A DNA stretch of 64,000 nucleotides from Chlamydiota bacterium (GTDB lineage Bacteria; Auribacterota; Tritonobacteria; UBA1439). Below, piece by piece: positions 44,193 through 54,413 of the stretch; positions within the stretch are counted from its first letter, which is position 1; the number at the start of each line of letters is the position of its first letter. The position numbers and the translations under genes are program-made. Location of the stretch: NCBI GenBank assembly GCA_012729785.1, contig JAAYCL010000042.1:29743-93742 (forward strand), given 5' to 3'. The notes beneath the pieces are model-generated. The model did no database searches and was not told the origin of the DNA. It saw only the letters and a list, made by a program, of their open reading frames with translations.

Positions 44193-44972
44193 ATGAAGAA
44201 GCGTGGCGTAAAGAAGCCCGTGCCGTTCGGGGCGGAGCGCCGGGTGGAGTTGCGGGCGGATGTCGACGTGCCGCTCAAGATCAAAAAGGATAGGAACGTC
44301 ATCGAGGCCCACACAAGGAACCTGAGCGCCTCCGGGGCATTCTGCACGCTCGACAGGTTCGTCCCTCTCAACTCGACCCTCGACGTGACGCTCCTGGTCC
44401 CCGAGGCGCCCCGAAAGGGGCGCCCGGCGCAGAAGAAGGTCCGATGCCACGGCATCGTGGTCCGGAACACGCCCGAGGGCGCGGACGCCGCGCACCCGCA
44501 CTACGGCATCGCGCTCTGCTTCACGGACCTGTCAACGGCGGACCGGGAGCGCCTCGACACCCTGGTGCACGAGAAGCTGCACGTCCCGCCGTCGAAGGGA
44601 ACCCCCGCGCCGGCTTCGCGCGAGGGGGCGGGAAAGATCTTCTCGTCGAGATGCTTCGGGAGGAAAGGATTCAGTGTGCGCTCGGCGAACTTCAAGGTCA
44701 TGGGCGACGGGATCAGCTTGAGCAAGAACGGCATCTGTTTCCAGGCCGACCGCAGCATACCGCTCTTCAGGGAGATCGCCGTCAACCTGGTGCTCCCCCC
44801 CCGGGCCAAGGAGCGCCGCGAAAAGGCCCACGAGGCGCTCCAGTGCAGCGCGGTGGTGGTGGGGTGCGAGCAGGCCGCCGACTCCGAGAGGTACGATATG
44901 GCCGCCTATTTCGTCGGTCTCACGAAAGAACAGAAGGAACGGCTCGACCGCTGCATCAAGGAGATCCTCTGA
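44193..44972 (+). CDS. Tandem PilZ-domain protein
   Basis: Domain 1 has RRVELR and NLSASG; domain 2 has SLSKNG; each ends with YGIAL/YDMAAYF-type strands. Confidence 0.75.
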   Translation: MKKRGVKKPVPFGAERRVELRADVDVPLKIKKDRNVIEAHTRNLSASGAFCTLDRFVPLNSTLDVTLLVPEAPRKGRPAQKKVRCHGIVVRNTPEGADAAHPHYGIALCFTDLSTADRERLDTLVHEKLHVPPSKGTPAPASREGAGKIFSSRCFGRKGFSVRSANFKVMGDGISLSKNGICFQADRSIPLFREIAVNLVLPPRAKERREKAHEALQCSAVVVGCEQAADSERYDMAAYFVGLTKEQKERLDRCIKEIL

Positions 44973-45023
44973 TCTTCCCGGGCCGCGTCCCGCCCGCCGC
45001 GGCCGCCCTGGTGAAAGGAGCCG

Positions 45024-46121
45024 ATGGCCGAACTGCCGTGGATACTCGGGGAAGCGGTGAGGCGCGGGGCCTCCGACATCCATCTGAAGGTGGGGTGTCC
45101 GCCGATATTCAGGATCGCGACGAAGCTCGTGACCCTTGACCACCCCCCGCTCTCGCCCGCCGATACCGAGGCGATCGCCCAGTCCGTCGTCACCGGCGCG
45201 CAGTGGGCCTCGTTCCAGAAGGGCGCCGAGCTGGACGTCGCCCATATCGACCCCGCATCCGGCAGGTTCCGCACGAACATCTTTCTCCAGCGGGGCATGG
45301 TCGGCGTTGTGATGCGGCACGTGCGGACGCGGATACCCGACTTCAAGGAGCTCGGGCTTCCGCCGATCGTCGAGAAGATCGCCCTCTTCGACCGCGGCAT
45401 CGTCATCGTCAGCGGCGCAACCGGCTCCGGGAAGTCCACCACGCTCGCCGCGATGGTCGATTTCGTCAACGCCAGGGTCCGCCGCCACATCGTGACGATC
45501 GAGGACCCGATCGAGTTCATACACGAGGACGTGAAGTCGGTGATCGACCAGCGCGAGGTCGGCATCGACACGCGCTCCTTCCCCTCGGCCCTCCGTTTCG
45601 TGATGCGGCAGGACCCGGACATCATCCTGATCGGGGAGATGCGCGACAAGGAGAGTTTCATGGCGATGCTCACCGCCGCCGACGTGGGGCGGCTCTCGCT
45701 CGCCACCCTGCACACCTCCAACGCCGCCCAGGTGGTGCTCCGGGTGATGGACTTCTTCCCCGCGGCGGAGCGCGAGCAGGCCCGGCTCCAGCTCGCGGCG
45801 AACCTCGGCGCGGTCATCTGCCAGCGTCTCCTCCCGCGCGCCGACGGCGCCGGTTCCGTCCCCGCCGTGGAGGTGATGCTCGGGACCGCCACCGTGCGCA
45901 AGCTCATCCGGGAGAACAAGGTCGAGAAGCTCTCCGCCGCGATCCAGGAGGGACGGGACCAGGGGATGCAGACGTTCAACCAGTCCCTCGTGGACCTCGT
46001 GCAGTCGGGCGTCATCACGGACGAGACCGCCTTCGCCTACTCGCCGAACCCCGAGAGTCTCAAGATGAACCTCCAGGGGATCTACCTCGACGAGTCCCGC
46101 CAGATCCTCGGCGACGATTGA
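45024..46121 (+). CDS. Type IV pilus retraction ATPase, PilT/PilU family
   Basis: GASDIHL, GATGSGKST, TIEDPIE, RQDPDIILIGEMRD, TLHT, GMQTFNQSL. Confidence 0.92.
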   Translation: MAELPWILGEAVRRGASDIHLKVGCPPIFRIATKLVTLDHPPLSPADTEAIAQSVVTGAQWASFQKGAELDVAHIDPASGRFRTNIFLQRGMVGVVMRHVRTRIPDFKELGLPPIVEKIALFDRGIVIVSGATGSGKSTTLAAMVDFVNARVRRHIVTIEDPIEFIHEDVKSVIDQREVGIDTRSFPSALRFVMRQDPDIILIGEMRDKESFMAMLTAADVGRLSLATLHTSNAAQVVLRVMDFFPAAEREQARLQLAANLGAVICQRLLPRADGAGSVPAVEVMLGTATVRKLIRENKVEKLSAAIQEGRDQGMQTFNQSLVDLVQSGVITDETAFAYSPNPESLKMNLQGIYLDESRQILGDD

Positions 46122-46282
46122 GCCGCGCCTCCGCGCCCCGCATCCGGCTCCTTTCCCCCGCGGCCGGGCGCGCCTGCCCGGCCGGGCGGAGCGCCGGAAC
46201 GGCCGAAACCCCCCGAGGCGCCGGACGCGCCCGGCCGACATCTTCCGTGTCCCCCGCCTTCGATCCGTGGCACAATGGTGCC

Positions 46283-47953
46283 GTGTCCGACTATCTTGAT
46301 TCCGTCCGCGAGCTGAAGCGCCTCGCCGCCCTCGAGCGCGGCGCGTTCCCCCCGAGGCCCGCCGCCTGCGCCGTCGCGCTCGTCTACCCGGACTCGTATT
46401 TCGTGGGGATGAGCAGTCTCGGCTTCCAGTTCGTCTACGCGCTCCTCAACTCCCTCCCCGACGTGCGCGCCGAGCGCGCCTTTTTCTCCCCCCGCCTCGA
46501 AAGCCGCACGGTGGAGAGCCGGGCGCCGCTGGGGACCTTCGACCTCGTCGCCTTCTCCCTCTCCTGCGAGCAGAACTACGGGAACGCGGCGGCGGTCCTG
46601 CGCGGCGCGGGCATCCCCCCGTTCGCCCGCGAGCGAGACGAGCGCTTCCCGCTGATCGTCGGGGGGGGCGTCTGCGCCTCGCTCAATCCGGAGCCGCTGG
46701 CGGACCTGTTCGATCTGTTCGTCCTCGGGGAGGCGGAGGAGATCCTCGGCCCGCTCTTCGAGCGCCTGCTGCGCCGGGGGAGGACGGTCGACAGGGGGCG
46801 GCTCCTCCGGTCGCTCGCGGAGATCCCCGGGGTCTACGTGCCGCGCCTCTTCGTCCCGCGCCTCGACGGAGAGGGACGGATCGCGGCGGTGGAGCCGGTC
46901 GACGCCTCCGTGCCGCGCCCGTCCGTCCGGCGGACGGCCGATCTCGACCGGTGGCCCGCCCTCGCCCCCGTGATCGCCCCGGAGACCGACTTCGGCGGCA
47001 AAGCGCTCGTGGAGGTGTCGCGCGGCTGCGGGCGGGCGTGCCGGTTCTGCGTCGCGGACTACGCCTACCGCCCCCCGCGCACGCGGAGCCGCGCGGCGCT
47101 GTCGCGCGCGATCCGGCGCGGGAGGGCGGCGCCGGGCGGCGTCGCGCTGCTCGGCGCATCGCTCTCGGACCTCCCGTGGACCGAGCAGATCTGCGCCGAG
47201 GCCGCGGCGGACGGCGGGCGCGTGTCGGTCTCCAGTGTGCGGGCCGACGCGCTCAGCGACGCGCTGCTGCGGATCCTCGCCGGGAGCGGCGCGAAAAGCA
47301 TCACGATCGCCCCCGAGACCCCCGCCGAGCGTCTCCAGCGTCGCGTGAACAAATCCGTCTCCGCGCGGGAGATCCTCTCCGCGGCCGAGCGGGCCGCGGC
47401 GGCGGGCATCCGCGAGTTGAAGCTCTATTACCTCGTCGGCATCCCGGGGGAAAACGACGGCGACCTCGATGCGATCGGGGCGCAGGTGGCGGCGGCGGCC
47501 TCCCGTATCCCCGCGAGGGTGAGCGTCGGCTGCCTGGTCCCGAAGGCGGCTACGCCGCTCCAATGGGCGGGGATGGAGGAGGAGCGTGCATTGCGGAAGA
47601 AGTTCGCGGCGCTCAGGGGGATGCTGGCGCGGATCCCGCGCGTCCGGGTGAGCGGGATGAGCGCGCGGGAGGCGCTCCTCGAAGGGGCCCTGGCGCGCGG
47701 GGACCGGTCGCTGGCGCGGCACCTTGCCGCGGGCGAGCGGATCCCGAGGGAGGCGATCACCCGGCATGCCGTGCGGCCGCGCGGCGCGGACGAGATCTTT
47801 CCCTGGGACCATCTCGACACGGGGGTGTCGAAATCCTACCTCCGACTCGAGTTCGAGCGGTTCATGCGGGGGGAGATGACGGCGCCGTGCGCCCCGGCGT
47901 CGTGCCGCGCCTGCGGCGCGTGCGGGGACGGGATCGCGGGACGGGAAGGGTGA
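46283..47953 (+). CDS. Radical SAM protein with B12-binding-like N-terminus (TIGR03960-related)
   Basis: LVYPDSYFVGMSSLG; EVSRGCGRACRFC (CxxxCxxC); C-terminal CRACGAC. Confidence 0.8.
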   Translation: MSDYLDSVRELKRLAALERGAFPPRPAACAVALVYPDSYFVGMSSLGFQFVYALLNSLPDVRAERAFFSPRLESRTVESRAPLGTFDLVAFSLSCEQNYGNAAAVLRGAGIPPFARERDERFPLIVGGGVCASLNPEPLADLFDLFVLGEAEEILGPLFERLLRRGRTVDRGRLLRSLAEIPGVYVPRLFVPRLDGEGRIAAVEPVDASVPRPSVRRTADLDRWPALAPVIAPETDFGGKALVEVSRGCGRACRFCVADYAYRPPRTRSRAALSRAIRRGRAAPGGVALLGASLSDLPWTEQICAEAAADGGRVSVSSVRADALSDALLRILAGSGAKSITIAPETPAERLQRRVNKSVSAREILSAAERAAAAGIRELKLYYLVGIPGENDGDLDAIGAQVAAAASRIPARVSVGCLVPKAATPLQWAGMEEERALRKKFAALRGMLARIPRVRVSGMSAREALLEGALARGDRSLARHLAAGERIPREAITRHAVRPRGADEIFPWDHLDTGVSKSYLRLEFERFMRGEMTAPCAPASCRACGACGDGIAGREG

Positions 47954-48089
47954 GATACAAGACGGCCGCGGCGCACCGCAGCGGGGCGGACGGCACTGTC
48001 GCGGCGCCGGCGGGGAGCGCGGGGAACAAGGCGATCGCAGCCCACCCGGACGCAGGCGCGAACCGGGTGAGCGCGGGAGGGGGCGGCGG

Positions 48090-48758
48090 ATGATCCAACA
48101 AGACGGCTGCGTCTTCTTCGACATCCTCGCCGCCGAGCGGTGGCTCGGGCACGCGTTCACCACGCGGGGCTTCGAGGGCGGCGCGGGCGCGTTCGAGACC
48201 AGGGAGGCGGCAGTCGGCCGCCTCAGGGACCGTTTCTTCCCCGGCGTCCGCGGCGCGGTCTGGGGCGAACAGGTGCACGGGAAGGCGGTCGCCCTCGCGG
48301 ACGGGCGGGGCGCCCCGTGGGGCGAGAGACCCGGGGTCGACGCGCTCATCGCCGGGGCGGAGGGCGTTCTGCTGGCGGCGTTCTCTGCGGATTGCCCGAC
48401 CGTCTTCATCGCCGACAGGCGCGCCCGCGCGATCGGCCTCGTCCACTCGGGGAGGCGGGGGACGGAGCAGGGGGTCGTCGGCGCCTGTCTCGACGAAATG
48501 GCCGCGGCGTTCAACACCTCGCCGGCGGACTGTGTCTGCGCGATAAGCCCCTCGATCGGCCCCTGCTGCTACCCGGTCGATCTCTGGTCGCTCCTCGAGG
48601 AGGAACTCGGGAAGCGCGGGGTCGCGGCCGTGGAGAACCCCCGGATCTGCACCTCCTGCAGCCCGGCGCTGTTCCATTCGTACCGGAGGGAGCGGGGGCG
48701 GTGCGGGAGGATGGTCGGGGCGATGACGGTGCGCGGGGGCGGGGTTGAAAGGCGTTGA
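48090..48758 (+). CDS. pgeF: Peptidoglycan editing factor PgeF/YfiH
   Basis: HAFTTR, QVHG, SADCPTV, HSGRRG, PSIGPCCY, CTSC, HSYRR. Confidence 0.88.
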   Translation: MIQQDGCVFFDILAAERWLGHAFTTRGFEGGAGAFETREAAVGRLRDRFFPGVRGAVWGEQVHGKAVALADGRGAPWGERPGVDALIAGAEGVLLAAFSADCPTVFIADRRARAIGLVHSGRRGTEQGVVGACLDEMAAAFNTSPADCVCAISPSIGPCCYPVDLWSLLEEELGKRGVAAVENPRICTSCSPALFHSYRRERGRCGRMVGAMTVRGGGVERR

Positions 48759-48807
48759 CCGAGGCGGCGCGACTGTGCTACACAATGGAACGGAGCGAGG
48801 CGGGGCG

Positions 48808-49476
48808 ATGATCGCCGACAACGTGAGGAAGGTGCGGAGCCGGATCGAGGCGGCGGCGCGGCGATCCAACCGCCCCGCAGGCGGAATCGAGCTCCTCGCC
48901 TCCACGAAGGGGCGGTCGGTAGAGGAGATCGGGGAGGCGCTGGCGGCCGGCGTCCGCCTGATCGGGGAGAACCGGGTGCAGGAGGCCGCCCGCAAGTTCC
49001 CGGAGCTCCGCGGCCGCGCGTCGATGCAGATGATCGGGCACCTCCAGCGCAACAAGGTCGCCGAGGCGCTGCGCATCTTCGATCTGATCCACTCCCTTGA
49101 CCGGCTCCGGCTCGCGGAGGAGATCGAACGGGAGGCGGCGAAGTCGGGGCGCCTGGTGCCGGTGCTCGTCGAGGTCAATGTCTCGGGCGAGGAACACAAG
49201 TTCGGGGTGCGCCCCGACGAGCTCCCCGAATTCCTCGCCGCCGTAGGGCGGTTCGAACGCCTTCAGGTGGAGGGGCTGATGACGATGGCGCCGTTCTCCC
49301 CGGACCCGGAGAGGGCGCGCCCCGTCTTCAGGCGCCTCCGCGAACTCGCCGGCCGTTTCGCGGACGGGCCGCGCCTCCGGATGCGGCACCTCTCGATGGG
49401 GATGACGCAGGACTACGAGGTGGCGGTGGAGGAGGGGGCGACGATCGTGCGCATCGGCACGGCGATATTCGGGTGA
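48808..49476 (+). CDS. yggS: PLP homeostasis protein YggS
   Basis: GENRVQE, IGHLQRNK, GLMTM, LSMGMTQDY, VRIGTAIFG. Confidence 0.95.
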   Translation: MIADNVRKVRSRIEAAARRSNRPAGGIELLASTKGRSVEEIGEALAAGVRLIGENRVQEAARKFPELRGRASMQMIGHLQRNKVAEALRIFDLIHSLDRLRLAEEIEREAAKSGRLVPVLVEVNVSGEEHKFGVRPDELPEFLAAVGRFERLQVEGLMTMAPFSPDPERARPVFRRLRELAGRFADGPRLRMRHLSMGMTQDYEVAVEEGATIVRIGTAIFG

Positions 49477-49536
49477 CGCATCCCTGCGGGGAGAGGCGCC
49501 GGTCGCGGGGCAGGCGCGTTCGGCACGGAGGACGAT

Positions 49537-50355
49537 ATGGCGGCGCGGATTGACCGGAGGATCGGATTCATAGGCGGCGGCAACATGGCGGAGGCGATCA
49601 TCCGAGGTCTGCTCGACGCGGGGCTCTCTCTCGCCTCCGAGATCCTCGTCAGCGACACGAGGCGGGAGCGGCTCACGCATCTGTGCGGGAGTTTCGGGGT
49701 CGAGGCCGCGGAGTCGAATGCCGCCTGCGCGACGGCGAGCGACATCGTCATCCTCGCCGTCAAACCGCAGCATATGGGCGCCGTGCTCGAGGGGCTCTCG
49801 GGCGCCGGGGCCGCCGGGAAGCTCGTCATCTCCATCGCCGCGGGCGTCACGACCGCCGCCATCGAGCGGGCGCTCGGCCGGACGGCCGTGGTGCGGGTGA
49901 TGCCGAACACCCCCTCCCTGATCGGCGAGGGGATGTCCATCTGGGCGCGGGGGAGCGCGGTCGGGGAGGGCGACGCGGAGTACGTGCGCTGCATCCTGCG
50001 GGCGCTCGGCAAGGAGATCGAGGTCGAGGAGAAACTCATCAACGCCGCGACCGCCGTGTCGGGAAGCGGCCCGGCGTACGTCTTCTATCTGCTCGAGGCG
50101 ATGGAGAAGGCGGGGGAGGAGCTCGGGTTCACCGCGGCGCAGGCGCTCACCGTCGCGACGCAGACCCTCATCGGGGCCGCGCGGCTCGTGGAGAGTTCCG
50201 GACAGCGCCCCGAGGAGCTCCGCAGGCGGGTGACCTCCGCCGGGGGGACGACGGCGGCGGCCGTGAAGGTCCTCGATGAGAACGACGTCAAGAAGTCGCT
50301 CATCGCGGCGATCAAGGCCGCGGGCGCGCGGGCGGAGGAGTTGAGCGGGATCTAG
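49537..50355 (+). CDS. proC: Pyrroline-5-carboxylate reductase
   Basis: IGFIGGGNM, LAVKPQ, RVMPNT, SGSGPAY, VTSAGGTT. Confidence 0.95.
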   Translation: MAARIDRRIGFIGGGNMAEAIIRGLLDAGLSLASEILVSDTRRERLTHLCGSFGVEAAESNAACATASDIVILAVKPQHMGAVLEGLSGAGAAGKLVISIAAGVTTAAIERALGRTAVVRVMPNTPSLIGEGMSIWARGSAVGEGDAEYVRCILRALGKEIEVEEKLINAATAVSGSGPAYVFYLLEAMEKAGEELGFTAAQALTVATQTLIGAARLVESSGQRPEELRRRVTSAGGTTAAAVKVLDENDVKKSLIAAIKAAGARAEELSGI

Positions 50356-50451
50356 TCCGCGTTTCCCCCGCACGCCGCCCGGTCCTCGGGCCTGTGTGCC
50401 GTGAACGGGGCCGTTTTCCGTCGGCCGAACGGGTGTACATTCAAGGTGCGT

Positions 50452-50757
50452 GTGCTCGATCTCCGCGAAAAGAACGGCGTCGCGCTTCTCAAAATCCGCC
50501 TCCAGCCGGGCGCCTCCACCAACGCCGTGGTCGGCGAATACGCAGGCGCCCTCAAGGTGAAGGTCCACGCCCCTCCGGAGAAGGGGAAAGCGAATCGCGC
50601 CGCCGCGGAGTTTCTTGCCGATCTTCTCGGGCTCAAACGCTCCGCCGTCACCCTTGTCCGCGGGGACCTCGCGAGAGACAAGATCTTCGCGATCGAGGGG
50701 ATGGATCTCCCCCGCCTGCGCGCCCGCCTGGGGTGCGCCGGGAACGGCGCACGGTAG
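50452..50757 (+). CDS. yggU: DUF167/YggU family protein (start uncertain)
   Basis: IRLQPGAS...LKVKVHAPPEKGKAN...LVRGDLARDK. Confidence 0.85.
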   Translation: MLDLREKNGVALLKIRLQPGASTNAVVGEYAGALKVKVHAPPEKGKANRAAAEFLADLLGLKRSAVTLVRGDLARDKIFAIEGMDLPRLRARLGCAGNGAR

Positions 50758-50788
50758 CCGCCGCGGGCGCGGAATCCGCCTTGTGCCC

Positions 50789-51331
50789 CTACCGCAGCAG
50801 GCCTTTGAGTTCCTCCACCACGGCCCGGTACTTCTCGTGGATCAGTGTGCGGTCGAACTCCCAAAACCCGGCCAGCATCGCCTGGTCTTCCTCGTCGGTG
50901 AAGTAGGCCCGCGCCGCCGGGAAGAAGATCTTGTCCTCCTTCTCGATATGCTTCGGATAGAATTCGACCAGCGTCTTCAGCCTCGCGGCGATGTCGGCGA
51001 GGGCCGACGCATCGCCGGCGCGATACCGGCTGTTGGCGTCCACGAGCGCCTCGGTGGTCTTCCGTCCGAACAGATGTTCCCCGATCAGTTCGTTCATGCG
51101 CTGTCGGTCCTCGGCTGACAGCTCCTTCTTGTTCAGCTCGCGGAACAGGATGTCCTCTTCCTTTCCGTGGTGGGTGCGGTCGGCATAGATCCGGATGAAG
51201 TCGACCGCGGTATCGACGAACAGCGGATCGAACCAGCCCGCCGACTCGATATCCCGGAGGGCGTTTTCGATAAGACCGAGCATCCGCTCTATCAGCCGAT
51301 GCTCCACCATGAGCGGTCCGCGCGCCTGCAT
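50789..51331 (-). CDS. Hemerythrin (HHE) domain protein
   Basis: EHRLI, THHGKEEDILF, EH, HIEKEDKIFFP motifs. Confidence 0.85.
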   Translation of the reverse strand: MQARGPLMVEHRLIERMLGLIENALRDIESAGWFDPLFVDTAVDFIRIYADRTHHGKEEDILFRELNKKELSAEDRQRMNELIGEHLFGRKTTEALVDANSRYRAGDASALADIAARLKTLVEFYPKHIEKEDKIFFPAARAYFTDEEDQAMLAGFWEFDRTLIHEKYRAVVEELKGLLR

Positions 51332-51491
51332 ACGCACTCTTCCTTTCGCGATGTTTCGATCCCCTCGCGCCGCCGTCGGCGACCGGATTCTAGCACGTAT
51401 GCGGAGGGGATGTCCCGGAAAGGCGGCGACTCGAGGCCGGGGGGGCGGAGGAGGGGAATCCCCCCCCTCCGGAGGCCTTTCGCCTCCGCTA

Positions 51492-51520
51492 TTGCTTCTC
51501 CCGCTCGCTCGTGCTATAGT
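51492..51520 (+). promoter_or_regulatory. sigma70 promoter of the ileS operon
   Basis: TTGCTT-17-TATAGT with TG extension. Confidence 0.6.
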
Positions 51521-51596
51521 CCCGTTTCGTCTTTCACCTCGGGCGCACGGCGGCGGGAATGCGCCCGGCGTGGAACTCTCCGTATTGGAACGCAGT

Positions 51597-54380
51597 ATGG
51601 ACACGCACGACTACAAGGGCACGCTGAACCTTCCCAGAACCTCCTTCCCGATGAAGGCGTCCCTGAGCCTGCGGGAGCCGGAGCTGCTCGCATTCTGGGA
51701 GCGGGAGCGGGTCTACGAGAAGGCGCTGGCCAACCGGAAGGGCGGCCGGCCTTTCATCCTCCACGACGGCCCCCCCTACGCCAACGGCGACATCCATATG
51801 GGGCACGCCCTCAACAAGCTCCTCAAGGACATGGTCGTGAAGTACAAGACGATGCGCGGGTTTTACAGCCCCTTCGTCCCCGGCTGGGACTGCCACGGCC
51901 TTCCCGTCGAGCACCAATTGATGAAGGAGCTCAAGGTGCGCAAGCACCAGATCGACCGGGCGCGGTTCAGGGAGAAGGCGCGCGACTACGCGCTCCGGTT
52001 CGTCGACGTCCAGCGGGAGCAGTTCAAGCGGCTCGGCATCTTCGGCGACTGGGAGCGGCCGTACCTCACGCTCGACCCCGCCTACCAGGCCGCCATCATC
52101 GGCTGCTTCGGCAGGATGTACCTCGACGGATACGTCTACCGCGGGATGAAGCCGATCCACTGGTGCCCGGCCTGCGAGACCGCCCTCGCCGAGGCGGAGG
52201 TCGAGTACGACGACCACACCTCGCCGTCGGTCTACGTGGCGTTCGAGGCCGTCTCCGGCATCGAGAAGGCGCTCCCCGGGGCGCGCGGCGCCTCCCTGCT
52301 CATCTGGACCACGACGCCCTGGACGCTCCCCGCAAACCGCGCCGTCGCCGTGCGGCCCGAGTTCGAGTACGCCGCGGTCAGGATGAAGGGGCGCCTTCTC
52401 GTCGTGGCCCGGGAGCTCGCGGGCAGGGTGGCCGACGAGCTGGGCGAGCCGGCGCCGGAGGTTATGGGCGTCTGCCGCGGCCGCGATCTCGAGGGGGCGG
52501 TCGCCGCCCATCCGCTCACGGGGGACGGTTCGCCCGTGGTCCTCTCCAACCACGTGACGCTCGAACAGGGCACCGGCCTCGTCCATATCGCCCCGGGGCA
52601 CGGCGACGAGGATTACCAGATCGGCCTGAAATACGGCCTCGAGATCTTCGCGCCGGTGGACGGGCGCGGGGCGTTCACCAAGGCGGCGGGGCGGTTCGCC
52701 GGGATGCGGGTCGAGGAGGCCAACAGACCGATCGTCGACGAGCTGCGCGGCAGCGGTGCGCTCCTCCTCTCGCGCGAGATCGCGCACTCGTACCCGCACT
52801 GCTGGCGATGCAGGCGGCCGGTGATCTTCAGGGCCACCGAGCAGTGGTTCATCGGCGTCGACCGGCGCGACCTGCGCAGGCGCGCACTCGAGGAGGCGGA
52901 AAAAACCGCCTGGATCCCCGAGCGGGGGCGCGGCAGGATCGCCAGCATGCTGGAGTCGCGGCCCGACTGGTGCCTCTCGCGCCAGCGCCACTGGGGGGTG
53001 CCGATCCCCGTGCTCTACTGCGCCGGCTGCGGCGAGCCGGTTCTGACCGCCCAGACCCTGGCGCGCGTGCGGGAGGCAGTCGCCGCGCGGGGCGCCGACG
53101 CGTGGTTTTCCGAGCCGGCCGTCTCGTTCGTCCCGGAGCGGTTCGGCTGCCCCTCCTGCGGGAAGGGGGAGTTTCGCAAGGAGGAGGATATCATCGACGT
53201 CTGGTTCGACTCCGGCGTCAGCCACCAGGCGGTTTTGGCCGCGCGGCCCGAGCTCGGGTTCCCTGCCGCGCTCTACCTCGAGGGGAGCGACCAGCACCGC
53301 GGATGGTTCCAGACCTCGCTCCTCACGGCGGTCGCCCTCGCGGGCCGCGCCCCGTTCGCGACGGTCCTGACGCACGGCTTCATCACCGACGGCGAGGGGA
53401 AGAAGATGTCCAAATCCGCGGGGAACGTGATCGCCCCCCGGAGCGTCATCGAGCGGTACGGGGCGGACATACTCCGCCTCTGGGTCGCCTCCGTGGACTA
53501 CGGCGTCGATGTCCGGATCTCGCGGGAGATCCTCGACCAGCTCGTCGACGCGTACCGGAGGCTTCGGAACACGTTCCGGTACCTGCTCGGCAACCTGTGC
53601 GATTTCTCTCCTGAACGGCACCGCGTCCCCCTCGAACGGATGGAGGAGACGGACCGCTGGATCCTGAGCCGGCTCGAGCGCCTCCGCTCCGGCGTGACCG
53701 ACGCGTACGAACGGTACGACTTCTGCCGGGCGTACCATCTGCTGCACCAGTTCTGCGCCGTGGATCTGAGCAGCCTCTACCTCGATGTCTTGAAGGACCG
53801 GCTCTACACCGCCGGGGGGGACTCGCCGCGGCGCCGCTCCGCGCAGACCGCCCTCTGCGCCGTCCTCGAGACCCTCGTCCCGCTCTCCGCCCCGATCCTC
53901 GCCTTCACCGCGGAGGAGGCGTGGCGCGCCGCGCCGTTCCTGACGGCGCGGGCGGCGAGCGTGCACTGGGCGGACTGGCCCGCGGCGCGGGAGGAGCATC
54001 TCGACGCGGCGCTCGAGGCGGAGTGGGAACGGCTGCTCGAGGTGCGGCGCGAGGCGGCGAAGGCGCTCGAGGAGGCGCGGCGGGGCGGGATGATCGGCAA
54101 TGCGCTCGAGGCGCGGGTGGCGATCGTGTGCGGAGACGAGGGGCTGTTCAGGCTCCTGGACGCCAAGCGGCCCCTCCTCGCCGATCTGTTCATCGTCTCC
54201 GGCGTGGCGCTTTCGTTCGATCCGTCGGCGGGCGCCGCGGCGAAGGTGACGGTGGCGCGCGCGGAGGGGGGGAAGTGCGGGCGCTGCTGGAGATACGCCA
54301 CGAACGTCGGGCGCAGCGCGGCGCACCCGTCGCTCTGCGGGCGGTGCGTCGAGGTGCTTCAATCGTACGGCCGCGCCTGA
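51597..54380 (+). CDS. ileS: Isoleucine-tRNA ligase
   Basis: TLNLPRTSFPM, HDGPPYANGDIHMGH, PGWDCHGLP, IWTTTPWTLP, KMSKS, C-terminal CGRCW..CGRC. Confidence 0.97.
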   Translation: MDTHDYKGTLNLPRTSFPMKASLSLREPELLAFWERERVYEKALANRKGGRPFILHDGPPYANGDIHMGHALNKLLKDMVVKYKTMRGFYSPFVPGWDCHGLPVEHQLMKELKVRKHQIDRARFREKARDYALRFVDVQREQFKRLGIFGDWERPYLTLDPAYQAAIIGCFGRMYLDGYVYRGMKPIHWCPACETALAEAEVEYDDHTSPSVYVAFEAVSGIEKALPGARGASLLIWTTTPWTLPANRAVAVRPEFEYAAVRMKGRLLVVARELAGRVADELGEPAPEVMGVCRGRDLEGAVAAHPLTGDGSPVVLSNHVTLEQGTGLVHIAPGHGDEDYQIGLKYGLEIFAPVDGRGAFTKAAGRFAGMRVEEANRPIVDELRGSGALLLSREIAHSYPHCWRCRRPVIFRATEQWFIGVDRRDLRRRALEEAEKTAWIPERGRGRIASMLESRPDWCLSRQRHWGVPIPVLYCAGCGEPVLTAQTLARVREAVAARGADAWFSEPAVSFVPERFGCPSCGKGEFRKEEDIIDVWFDSGVSHQAVLAARPELGFPAALYLEGSDQHRGWFQTSLLTAVALAGRAPFATVLTHGFITDGEGKKMSKSAGNVIAPRSVIERYGADILRLWVASVDYGVDVRISREILDQLVDAYRRLRNTFRYLLGNLCDFSPERHRVPLERMEETDRWILSRLERLRSGVTDAYERYDFCRAYHLLHQFCAVDLSSLYLDVLKDRLYTAGGDSPRRRSAQTALCAVLETLVPLSAPILAFTAEEAWRAAPFLTARAASVHWADWPAAREEHLDAALEAEWERLLEVRREAAKALEEARRGGMIGNALEARVAIVCGDEGLFRLLDAKRPLLADLFIVSGVALSFDPSAGAAAKVTVARAEGGKCGRCWRYATNVGRSAAHPSLCGRCVEVLQSYGRA

Positions 54381-54413
54381 CGCGGCGAAAAGGCAGCAGA
54401 GGGGAGGCGCGCG

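Noticed and set aside
45203-47953. Apparent 916-aa radical SAM protein
   Set aside because: The first 360 codons overlap pilT in another frame; a promoter-like CACAAT and a GTG at 46283 give the plausible start.
1218-51467. G7-G8/C8 homopolymer runs as phase-variation tracts
   Set aside because: They are common at this GC content and mostly encode Gly; only the G10 at 24135 is noted, with low weight.
51521-51596. T-box riboswitch upstream of ileS
   Set aside because: The leader is only ~70 nt and has no AAGGTGGTACC-like T-box sequence.
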